Assembly: GCA_963841895.1 (NCBI GenBank)
Contig: CAWJEO010000014.1
Span: 38,303-102,302 of the forward strand
Direction: 5' to 3'
DNA: 64,000 nt
Source: an uncultured Acidobacteriota bacterium
GTDB lineage: Bacteria; Acidobacteriota; Vicinamibacteria; Vicinamibacterales; UBA2999
Shown here: piece after piece, positions 46,600-55,942 of the stretch
Layout: each line of letters starts with the position of its first letter
Position numbering within the stretch: position 1 is the stretch's first letter
The notes under the pieces: model-generated
What the model was told of the DNA's origin: nothing
Database searches by the model: none
What the model saw: the letters and a program-made list of their open reading frames with translations, nothing else
Position numbers and translations under genes: made by a program

Positions 46600-47261
46600 A
46601 TGGTCGCGGTCGCTCTGTTGACCGCGTCGACCACCGGGTCGGTCTGCGGCCGACGCTCGGCGCAGACGCTCGGCGCGATTCGCGGCCGTCTCGACATTCG
46701 CCGCATGGCCCGGCCGACCGAGCGGCGGCCTGAAGTGGCGGAGCCCGGCAGCGCCGGGTCGCGCGACTGCCACGACCTGCGCCGCGGCGTCGTCTATCTC
46801 GAGACCGCGCCGCGCGGCGCGTTCGAGGAGCGCGAAGCCGGGCGCGCCGTCATGGACCAGCGCAACGAGACGTTCGTGCCGCACGTCCTGGCGGTCACGG
46901 TCGGCACCGTCGTCGACTTCCCCAACAGCGACAAGACGTTTCACAACGTCTTCTCGCTCTCCAAGGCCGAAGCGCTTCGACCTCGGCCGCTACGCGGTCG
47001 GGCGGTCGAAGTCGGTGCGATTCGATCGGCCGGGCGTCGTGCGCGTGTTCTGCGACATCCACTCGCACATGAACGCGTTCATCCTGGTCTTCAGCCATCC
47101 GTTCTTCGACGTCACGGACCCGGACGGCCGCTTCCGTCTCGACAACGTTCCGCCCGGCACCTACACCGTCGTCGGCTGGTACGAGGGCGAGGCGCGCACG
47201 TCGCGGGCCGTGACCGTGCACGGCGGGCGGCGTCGTCGATCTCGAGCTCGTGGTTCCAGTA
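46600..47261 (+). CDS. cupredoxin-like domain protein (type-1-copper-like C-x2-H-x2-M: FCDIHSHM) with C-terminal CarboxypepD_reg-like segment; start uncertain
   Basis: TFHNVFS...VRVFCDIHSHMNAF ligand spacing like amicyanin; DPDGRFRLDNVPPGTYTVVGWYEG; stop TAA overlaps ATG of kinase (TAATG). Confidence 0.55.
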
Positions 47262-49058
47262 ATGGCGATGCTGTCGTCGCTGACCAATCGGATCTTCCTC
47301 GCGAGCACGCTCCTGGCCACCGTGTCGATCGGCTTTGCGGTGTACTTCGTCAGCAGCCAGCTGCGCAGCGAGGCCGAGGCCGAACTGCAGCGCGACCTCC
47401 GCGAAGCGGTGACGCTGGTCGAACAGCAGCGGACGAGCCTGTTCGAGACCTTCACGCGAACCGCGCGCCTGATCGCCGACCTGCCCAAGTTCAAGGCCGC
47501 GGTCGAGACGCGCGACGCGCCGACGGTCGAGCCGATCGCGCGCGACTATCAGCAGCAGGCGGGGTCGGATCTGTTTCTGGTCACGGATCCCGACGGCCAC
47601 GTGCTGGCCGCGCTCGGCGGCCTGCCGGTCGCGGTCAGCCGGGCTCTCGACGCGCCGGGCATCGCGCGGGCGCGCGGCGGCACGCCGGCGACGCGTTCTG
47701 GCCGCACCCGAACGGCGTGCTGCAGGTCGTCAGCGTGCCGGTGACGATCGGCCTCGAGCGGCCTGAACTGCTCGGCACGCTCACGATCGGCTACCTGCTC
47801 GACAACGACCGCGCCGCGTCGTTCAAGGCGCTGACCGGCGCCGACGTCGCGTTCGCCATCGACGGCCAGGTGCGCGCGTCGACGCTCGGCCCGGACGCGC
47901 ACGCGCGGCTGGCCGGCGCTGCTCGGCTCCGAGCTGGTCCCGCGCACGATGATCGGCGGCAGCGAGTACGCCGCGCTCGTTCGCGCCCTGCACGCGCCGC
48001 ACGACGAGGCCTCGACCGGCGCCGACCGTGCCGATCGCCATCGTCCTGCGATCGCGCACCGAGCGGATGCGCACGCTCTCGGCGATTCAGACCGGGCTCG
48101 GCCTGGTCGACGCTCGCGACGATCGCTGCTGGCCGCCGCCATCAGCTACGGCGTGGCGCGCACGGTGACGCGGCCGCTCGCGACGATCACCAATCACATG
48201 CGGGACATCGCCTCGACCGGCGACCTGACGCGCAAGCTGCGGCTGAGCGATTCCGTCGAGCTGGCACGACGAAGATACGCGGCTGCTCGCCACGACCTTC
48301 AACACGCTCACCGACTCGGTCGCGCGGTTCCAGCGCGAGGCCGCGCAGCGCGAGCGGCTGTCGTCGCTCGGCCGGATGTCGACGATCGTCGCGCACGAGA
48401 TTCGCAATCCGCTGATGATCGTCAAGGGCGCGCTGCGGCAGCTCACGCGCGACGGCGCGACCGCCGACGACATCCGCGAAGCGGCGGCCGACATCGACGG
48501 CGAGACCGATCGCCTCAATCGCGTGGTCAACGAAGTGCTCGACTTCGCCCGGCCGATTCGCTTCGAGCGCTCGCCGACCGACATCAACGCGCTGTGCCGG
48601 GATGCGGTCAGCGCCGTCGCGGCGGCCGCCGGATCCGACCCGCCGGTCAGCGACCGAGCTCGACCCGACCGTCCCTCCGCTCGAAACCGACAGCGAGAAG
48701 CTGCGCACGGCGCTGGTCAACCTGCTCACCAACGCGCGCCAGGCGGTCGCTGGCGCGAACGTCTGCCGACGGCGCGGAACCGGACGCGCCGGTCACGCTT
48801 GACGACCGGCCGGCTGACCGATCGACCGGGTGGCGATCTCGATCCGCGATCGCGGCGTCGGCATCGGCGCCGACGATCTGCCGCGCATCTTCGATCCATA
48901 CTTCACGACCCGGCGCGCCGGCACCGGCCTCGGCCTGCCGATCGCCAAGAACATCATCGATGCGCTCGGCGGCACTCTCACCGTCGCCAGCACGCCCAGG
49001 CGCCGGCACCCGGATCCGGATCGAGCTGGGCGACGCGCCGGCGGGACGAGCCTCATGA
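47262..49058 (+). CDS. sensor histidine kinase (periplasmic sensor, HAMP, HisKA, HATPase_c); several frame breaks
   Basis: TM1 IFLASTLLATVSIGFAVYFV, H-box MSTIVAHEIRNPL, N-box LVNLLTNARQA, G-boxes IRDRGVGIGADDLPRIFDPYFTT..GTGLGL; stop TGA 49056-49058. Confidence 0.75.
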
Positions 49059-50427
49059 CACCAGGCGGCAGCATTCTTCTCGCCGACGACGAAGAGAAGA
49101 TTCTCAAGACGCTGAGCCGTGCCCTGCGCGAGGACGGGCACGAAGTCGTCACCACGCCGAGCGCGCTGCAGGCGCAGAAGCTGCTCGTCGATCGGTCCTT
49201 CGACCTGCTCGTCATCGATTACCTCATGCCCGAGCGCACCGGGCTCGAAGTGATCCGCGAGCTTGCCGCCACCACGCCGGAAGGCGAGCGGCCGGCGATC
49301 GTCATGATGACGGCGCACGGCACCGTCGAGAGCGCGGTCGAGGCGATGAAGCTCGGCGCCCGCGACTACCTGCAGAAGCCGTTCGAGGTCGAAGAGCTCC
49401 TGGTCACGGTACGGCGGCTGCTCGAAGAGCAGCGGACGCGAACCGGGCTTCGCTATCTGCTCAGCGAGCGCGACGCCGAGTTCAATCACTACGGCCTGGT
49501 CGGGCCGAAGCCGCGCGGTCATGGACGTGATCAAGCGCGCCGAGCTGGTCGCCGAGTCGCGCAGCACGGTCCTGGTGACCGGGCGAAACCGGCACGGGAA
49601 AGGAGCTCGTCGCGCGCGCGATTCACGCCCGCAGCGCGCAGCGCGACATGCCGCTCATCAAGGTGAACTGCGCGGCGATTCCGGAGACGCTGCTCGAGTC
49701 CGAGCTGTTCGGCCACGTGCGCGGCGCCTTCACCGGCGCGTCGTTCACCAAGAAGGGGCGCTTCGCGCTGGCCGACGGCGGGACGATCTTCCTCGACGAA
49801 ATCGGCACCGTCAGCATCACCGTCCAGGCCAAGCTGCTGCGCGTCCTGCAGGATCGCGAGTTCGAGCCGCTCGGCGTCGGAGCGCACGCAGAAGGTGGAC
49901 GTCCGCGTCATCGCCGCGACCAATCGCGATCTGCGGGCCGATGGTGAGCTGCGAGCAAGTTTCAGGAGGATCTCTACTACCGCCTCAACGTCATTCCGAT
50001 CGCCATTCCCCCGCTTCGCGAGCGGCGCGAGGACATTCCGATGCTGGTCGAGCATTTCCTCCGCCGCTTCGCGCGCGACAGCGGCAAGCGAATCGACAGC
50101 GTCGAGCAAGGCGTGATGGAGGAGCTCTCCCGCTACGACTGGCCCGGCAACGTCCGCGAGCTCGAGAACACGATCGAGCGCGCCGTCGTCCTCGCCACCG
50201 ATGCGCGCCTCACCCGCGAGACGGTCTGGCTGATGGGCGCGGTCTCGCCGCCGGTGTCGGGACTGCCGTCGCAGCGGCTGCACGCGAACCTCGAGTGGGC
50301 GGAGCGCGAGACGATTCGCCGCGCGCTCGAACAATCGGGCGGGGTCAAGAAGGACGCCGCCGAGTTGATGGGCATCAGTCAGCGTGCCCTGAGCCACTAC
50401 CTGCAGAAGTACCGGATCGACAACTGA
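49054..50427 (+). CDS. sigma-54-dependent Fis-family response regulator (NtrC-type: REC + AAA+ sigma-54 activator + HTH); one frame break near 49880-49960
   Basis: REC (LLADDE..D; DYLMPE), Walker [15 protein letters not shown] sigma-54 contact motif, ESELFGH, C-terminal [20 protein letters not shown]; ATG overlaps kinase stop (ATGA). Confidence 0.85.
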
Positions 50428-50515
50428 CCATCTGCGAATGCATCGCGTGAATCGCGCCACGTGGTGGATACGACGCCGGCCTCAACGGCGTCGCCGCGAC
50501 CATCGCGCCCGCGAC

Positions 50516-50549
50516 TTACGGCTGCCGTAAACGATTACAGCAGCCGTAA
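50516..50549. promoter_or_regulatory. two tandem 15-bp palindromes TTACGGCTGCCGTAA and TTACAGCAGCCGTAA (candidate enhancer/UAS for the sigma-54 activator)
   Basis: read directly; 65-100 nt upstream of the candidate -24/-12 element. Confidence 0.5.
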
Positions 50550-50614
50550 CCTCGAGTGGACAGCGTGCGGACGCACGATCGTGGTTTTCGCGGGGCATCC
50601 GCGTTTTCGCCTCG

Positions 50615-50630
50615 CGGCATCAGCCTTGCT
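50615..50630 (+). promoter_or_regulatory. candidate sigma-54 (-24/-12) promoter CGGCATCAGCCTTGCT
   Basis: GG and GC dinucleotides with canonical 10-nt spacing (GG-N10-GC); about 28 nt upstream of the CuA-cupredoxin ATG (50658). Confidence 0.5.
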
Positions 50631-50657
50631 CCATGAGCGGCAACGCCGAAGGTGTGT

Positions 50658-51056
50658 ATGAAACGAAACGTGTGTGAAGCGGTAGCCGTGGTGGGGACGG
50701 CGCTCCTGCTGGGGAGCATCGTCGTGGCTGCCCGGCAGGACCCCGCCACGGCCTCCGCGCCTCGTGAGATCGAAGTGGTCGCCAAGCGGTTCGCGTTCGA
50801 GCCGGCGCGCATCGAGGTGACCGAAGGCGAACGGATTCGACTGCTCGTTCGCTCGGCTGATGGTGTGCACGGGTTCGAGATCAAGCGCCACAGAGTGAAC
50901 AAGGTGATTCCGCGTGGCGCGAAACCGGTGGTGATTGACTTCGTTGCCGCCGCCCCGGGCAGCTACGAGATTCTCTGCTCCGAAGAATGCGGTGATGGCC
51001 ACGAGACGATGAAAGGGACACTCGTCGTGCAGGCCAGGCCGAAAACGCCACAATGA
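50658..51056 (+). CDS. CuA-type cupredoxin domain protein (C-x3-C-x3-H-x2-M), secreted
   Basis: YEILCSEECGDGHETMKG matches the binuclear CuA motif of COX2/N2OR; signal VAVVGTALLLGSIVVAA. Confidence 0.7.
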   Translation: MKRNVCEAVAVVGTALLLGSIVVAARQDPATASAPREIEVVAKRFAFEPARIEVTEGERIRLLVRSADGVHGFEIKRHRVNKVIPRGAKPVVIDFVAAAPGSYEILCSEECGDGHETMKGTLVVQARPKTPQ

Positions 51057-51107
51057 GCGCCGACTGTCGTTGGTCGTCGCCCTTCTTCCTCTTCAGGACA
51101 TGCGCCA

Positions 51108-51553
51108 ATGAGACGTGCAGGTTATGGGTTCGCGGCAGTCATGATGCTGGTCATGACGCTTGGCTGCGATGAATCGCTCAGGGAGTTCGCTGGTCCTACC
51201 CCCGACCTCGAGCCGACGTTTTCCGCCATTCAACGCGACATCTTCAACGCTCCCGACTCGGCGGGCCGGCTGGCGTGCACGGGCTGTCACAATCCGACCG
51301 GCGCGCGCGTCAACGGCATGAACCTGACCGGCGCCACGGCGTACGCGACGACTCGTCAACGCCGCCAGCGTGGGCAAGCCGGGGGCTATCCGGGTGGTGC
51401 CGGGCGATCCCGACGCAAGCTATCTGGTGCAGAAGATCGAAGGCGCGCCGGGCATCGTCGGCGATGCGGATGCCGCTGACGCCGCCTTACCTGACGCCCG
51501 GACAGATCGCGGTGATTCGGCGCTGGATCGAGCTTGGCGCGGCCAATAATTGA
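51108..51553 (+). CDS. cytochrome-c-like domain lipoprotein (CxxCH); one frame break near 51350
   Basis: lipobox MMLVMTLGC; haem motif ACTGCHNP; C-terminal VVPGDPDASYLVQKIEG..RMPLTPPYLTPGQIAVIRRWIELGAANN in +1 frame. Confidence 0.6.
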
Positions 51554-51575
51554 AGTGCCTTTCAAAGGATTCGTT

Positions 51576-52460
51576 GTGACCTCGAGATCACCGCTGCTCG
51601 TTGCGCTTCTGCTCGCCGCCCTCGTTCTTCCCGGCATCCGCGCTCGCGCCAGACACCGGCCGGCGATCCGGCCGGCGCCGCCGCCGGCGGCCCAGCCCGA
51701 GGACGATCCGGATCGCGACATCAACTTCGCACAGCCCGACTTCACCCTGGCGGCGCTCCCGACGACGCTGCGCGTGCCGCCGCTACAAGAGCGCGTTTCG
51801 CGTGACGCACCGGTTCGGCCGCCCGCTCGGCTCCGGCGACTTCGGCGATCTTGCTCGAGGATCTGTTCGGCCTCGACTGCGGCGCCGTCATCGGCCTCGA
51901 GTACCGCTTCGGACTCTTCCGCGGCGCCCAGATCGGAATCCACCGCACATCGATCGACAAGACGATCCAGTTCTTCGGACAGTACAACGTCAAGCAGCAG
52001 CGCGACGGCTTCCCGATTCGGCGTGGCCGTGATGGGCAAGCATCGAAGGCACGAACAACTTCACGAGGACAGCTACTCGCCCGGGCATCGGCGTCGCTGC
52101 TGTCGCGCGAGATTGGCCAGCACGGCGGCGGTCTACATCGAGCCGTTCTGGGTCAACAACACGAACCCGCTGCCCGAGGAGCTCGTCGACGACAACGACA
52201 CGGTCATCATCGGCGCTCGGCGCGCGCCTGCGGGTCCGGCCGACCGTGTACTGCGTCTTCGAAGCCGCGCCGCGGGTCGGCGGCTACGATCCCGGCGTCG
52301 ACGCATGTCAGTTTCGGTATCGAGAAGCGCGCCGGCGGCCACCTGTTCCAGCTCAACTTCTCGAACGGCTTCGGCACGACGCTCGCCCAGATCGCGCGCG
52401 GCGGCTTCAACAACGACGACTGGTATCTCGGCTTCAACATCTCGAGGAAGTTTTTCTGAT
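51576..52460 (+). CDS. putative beta-barrel outer-membrane protein (C-terminal ..LGFNISRKFF-stop); at least three frame breaks
   Basis: signal SPLLVALLLAALVLPGIRARA; alternating strand pattern; terminal Phe. Confidence 0.45.
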
Positions 52461-52495
52461 CACCACGAGGACCGGGCCGACGAGGCAGGGCGCGA

Positions 52496-52922
52496 TTGGC
52501 AGTGGGGCTCCTGCTGCTGGCGGCGGCCGGCCGGCTGCAGCGGCGGCGTCGCCGACGTCGGCCACGCCGCCGGCGCCGACTCCGCCACCACGTCTCGCCC
52601 ACGCCGCCCGCGGGCCCGGCGCCGCCCGGGCTGACGCGCGACGATCACGATTACCGCGAACAATACGTTCGTGCCGTCAGAAGTGACGATCGCGGTCGGC
52701 GGCCGGGTGACGTTCATCAACCAGAACAATCGCGCGCACGACATCACGTCGGATCCGCTGCACCTGCACACCGACTGTCCGCCGGTGATCGAGGTCGGCT
52801 TCATCCAGCCCGGTCAGACCAAGCAGACCGGGCGCGCTGACCGTCGCGCGCGACGTGCGGCTTTCACGATCACATGCAGGAAACACAATCCGGACCTGCA
52901 CGGCCGCATCATCGTCCAGTGA
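52496..52922 (+). CDS. small cupredoxin-like lipoprotein, copy 1 (C-x2-H-x2-M: TCGFHDHM); frame breaks near C-terminus; start uncertain
   Basis: VTIAVGGRVTFINQNNRAHDITSDPLHLHTDCPPV..GFIQPGQTKQTG ... NPDLHGRIIVQ; paralog of 52937-53345. Confidence 0.5.
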
Positions 52923-52936
52923 AGGCGAGGCATCTC

Positions 52937-53345
52937 ATGAAGGTTCGCTACGGCATTCTTCTTTCGCTCCTGCTGGCCGCGGCCTGCGGCGGGCAGCAAC
53001 GACAGCAGCGGCGGCGGCACCCCGACGACGCCCCGACGCCGCCGACCACGCCGCCGGTCGCAGACGACGACGATCACCATCACGGCGGCGGGCATCAATC
53101 CGCAGCGCATCACCGTGTCGCCGGGCACGCGGGTCACCTTCGTCAACAACGACACTCGCACCCACGAGATGAACTCGGATCCGCATCCGACCCACGGCGA
53201 CTGCCCGCCGATCGACGATGTCGGATTCCTCTCGCCGGGACAGTCGAAGCAGACCGGCAACCTCACGACCGCGCGGACGTGCGGCTTTCACGATCACAAC
53301 CAGCCGGATACCGCGTCGCTGCGGGGACAGATCATCGTGCAGTAA
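52937..53345 (+). CDS. small cupredoxin-like lipoprotein, copy 2 (TCGFHDHNQ); one frame break after lipobox
   Basis: MKVRYGILLSLLLAAACGG lipobox; ITVSPGTRVTFVNNDTRTHEMNSDPHPTHGDCPPIDDVGFLSPGQSKQTG..TCGFHDHNQPDTASLRGQIIVQ. Confidence 0.55.
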
Positions 53346-53465
53346 GGCCGCGGCCGGTGCGGCCGTCGGGAGCGGCGCGGCAGGCTCCAGCGAGGCCGAC
53401 TCAGTCCGCCGTAGCCTGGGCGGAGGCGGACGGCCAAGCGGCGCCCGGGCGATGAGCGCCGGCCT

Positions 53466-54268
53466 TCAGGCGCCGCGGAAGACGGGTTTCCGCTTCTCGA
53501 GATTGGCGGCGATGCCTTCGCGCGCGTCGTCGCTCTCGAACAGCCGCTGCTGCAGCTCGCGCTCGAGTGCCAGGCCTTCCGAAAAGCCCATTTCCAGTCC
53601 TGACTGCACGGCCCGCTTGATGTGGCCGACGGCCTTGCTGGCGCGGTGCGGCGGCGTGAACTGCGCGGCGTAGTCGAGCACGGCGTCGCGGAACGACTTG
53701 CCCCTTCAGCTCGTCCTCGCCCCACACGTGGGTCACCAGGCCGAGTCCCTTCGCGTCTTCGAAAGACAGCAGCGCGCCGAGCGTCATCAGCTCGATCGCC
53801 TTGGCCTTGCCGACGATCCGGGCCAGCCGCTGGGTGCCGCCGGTGCCGGGCAGCACGCCCAGAGCGACCTCGGGGAGGCCGATCTTGCCGCCGCCCTGTC
53901 GCGCGATCCGGAGATCCGCGGCCATCGCCACCTCGAGCCCGCCGCCGACGGTGTGCCCGTTGAGGGCCGGCGATCACGAGCTTCGGCGTCTGCTCGAGAC
54001 GGTTCATCGTCTCGTTGGCGTGCAGGCAGAAGTAGTACTTGAACGACGGATCGGCGTCCTTGAGCATGCCGATGTTGGCGCCGGCGCAGAAGAACTTCTC
54101 GCCCGCTCCGGTGATGACGATGACGTGCACGGCTGCGTCCATCCGCGCCTCGAGCACGGCACGGTCGATCTCCTGCATCATCTCGTAGGAGTAGGTATTG
54201 GCCGGCGGATCGTTCAGCTCGATGAGGGCAATGCCGTTGCTGGCGGTGTAGGTGATGCGTGTAGGCAT
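53466..54268 (-). CDS. enoyl-CoA hydratase/isomerase (crotonase) family protein; at least two frame breaks
   Basis: IVITGAGEKFFCAGANI oxyanion-hole region; GGGLEVAMAADLRIA; C-terminal ..LEKRKPVFRGA. Confidence 0.7.
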
Positions 54269-54403
54269 ATCGCGATTCTTGGAGTGCGCGGATTCGTGAT
54301 CTGCGAACGCGACGACGCGCATCGTGCACGTCACAACGAGCGGAACGCTCTGCGACGAATCGGCGCAATCCGAGATCTGCGTATCTGCGGTATCTCTGCG
54401 TAC

Positions 54404-55828
54404 TCACGCGTCCGTCCGCACGTACTCGAAGTCGATCGGCAACCGATTGATCCCACGCGGCGGCGGCGCGATGTAGTTGGCGAACTGGCCCGGCTTGTAG
54501 ACCGGGATCGACTGGATGCTGCGCAGGTAGTCCTTGTCCGCCGTCGTCGGCAGCCATTCGCTCTTCCGGCGCTCCCATTCGTCCGCGCTCATTGGCTGTC
54601 CCGCCGGATCGAAGTGGCGGCCGGCGAACACGCCGATCTGGCGATTGAACTTGCGCGACGGCAGGTAGATCCGATCGGTCATGCCGTTCGCTTCGAGCAC
54701 GCGCTTGTTCCAGCGATCGACGCCGGCCTGGCAGTCGCCGACATACCAGTCGCGCAGCACCTCGTTGAGGGCGTTGCGCATCGGGATCTCCTGACGATCC
54801 GGCGCGCCCTGCTCGGTCATGAGGTCGAGCAGATACACGCTGTCCTCGAGCACGTGGTCGTCGTCGTACTTGTCTTCCTCGGCGCGGCCCTTGAGACCGT
54901 TGGAGAAGTAGTTGGCGGCGTTGCTCGACACTTCGCTGCCGTGCAGGTCGAGGCTCTGGCTGAACCAGAAGTTGACGAACTTCTGGATGAGCGGGATGTC
55001 GATACCGCCGACCTTGCGGACGTCCTCGGAGAAGCCGGCTTCCTTCATCAACTGGCAGGTGCGCTCGAGGATGCGGGCGATGCCGCTCTCGCCGACGAAC
55101 ATGTGGTGCGCCTCTTCGGTCAGCATGAAGCGGGTCGTCCGCGACAGCGGATCGAGCGAGCTCTCCGACAACGAGAGGAGCTGCGACTTGCCGTCGCGAT
55201 CGGTGAACATCGTGAAGGCGAAGAAGTCGAGCCAGGTGTCGATCGGCTCGTTGAACGCCTCGAGCATGCGCGGCGAATCGGTGCCGCTGCGGCGCTCGAG
55301 CAGCGCCTCCGCTTCTTCGCGGCCATCACGCCCGAAGTACGAGTGCAGCAGGTAGACCATCGCCCAGAGGTGGCGGCCTTCCTCGACGTTGACCTGGAAG
55401 AGGTTGCGCAGGTCGTACAGGCTCGGGCAATGCGCGCCGAGCATGCGCTGCTGCTCGACGCTCGCGGGTTCGGTGTCGCCCTGGAGGACGATCAGCCGGC
55501 GAAGGGGATTGCGGAATTCGCCGGGCACTTCCTGCCACACCGGCTGGCCCTTGAAGTCGCCAAAGCCGATGCGTCGATCGGCGGTCGGCTCGGCCAGGAA
55601 AATGCCCCAGCGATAGTCGGGCAGCTTGACGTAGTCGAAGTGCGCCCAGCCCGCCGAATCGACGCTCACCGCCGTCCGCAGGTAAACCTGATGCTGATCC
55701 TGGAACCCCTGCGGTCCCATGTCGCGCCACCAGTCGAGATAGGCCGGCTGCCAGTGCTCGAGCGCGCGCAGAAGGCGCTTGTTCCCCGAGAGGCCGACGT
55801 TGTTGGGAATGCGTTCGTTGAGCTGCAT
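54404..55828 (-). CDS. boxB: benzoyl-CoA 2,3-epoxidase (benzoyl-CoA oxygenase) component B, di-iron
   Basis: 474-aa intact ORF with BoxB-characteristic N-terminus MQLNERIPNNVGLSGNKRLLRALEHWQPAYLDWW and di-iron EExH contexts. Confidence 0.85.
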   Translation of the reverse strand: MQLNERIPNNVGLSGNKRLLRALEHWQPAYLDWWRDMGPQGFQDQHQVYLRTAVSVDSAGWAHFDYVKLPDYRWGIFLAEPTADRRIGFGDFKGQPVWQEVPGEFRNPLRRLIVLQGDTEPASVEQQRMLGAHCPSLYDLRNLFQVNVEEGRHLWAMVYLLHSYFGRDGREEAEALLERRSGTDSPRMLEAFNEPIDTWLDFFAFTMFTDRDGKSQLLSLSESSLDPLSRTTRFMLTEEAHHMFVGESGIARILERTCQLMKEAGFSEDVRKVGGIDIPLIQKFVNFWFSQSLDLHGSEVSSNAANYFSNGLKGRAEEDKYDDDHVLEDSVYLLDLMTEQGAPDRQEIPMRNALNEVLRDWYVGDCQAGVDRWNKRVLEANGMTDRIYLPSRKFNRQIGVFAGRHFDPAGQPMSADEWERRKSEWLPTTADKDYLRSIQSIPVYKPGQFANYIAPPPRGINRLPIDFEYVRTDA

Positions 55829-55843
55829 GAGGCTGAATCCTTG

Positions 55844-55940
55844 TCAGTTACAAGTTGCAAGTTCACAAGTTCAAAGTTAGAGTTCGGCGGACAGCGTTCG
55901 ACCGCTCCAACTTTGAACTTGGAACTTGGAACTTGTAACT
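55844..55940. repeat. roughly 36-bp-stem hairpin built from CAAGTTC words (GTCAGTTACAAGTTGCAAGTTCACAAGTTCAAAGTT ... AACTTTGAACTTGGAACTTGGAACTTGTAACTGTC) between boxC stop and boxB RBS
   Basis: read directly; boxB SD AAGGA lies just downstream. Confidence 0.65.
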
Positions 55941-55942
55941 GT

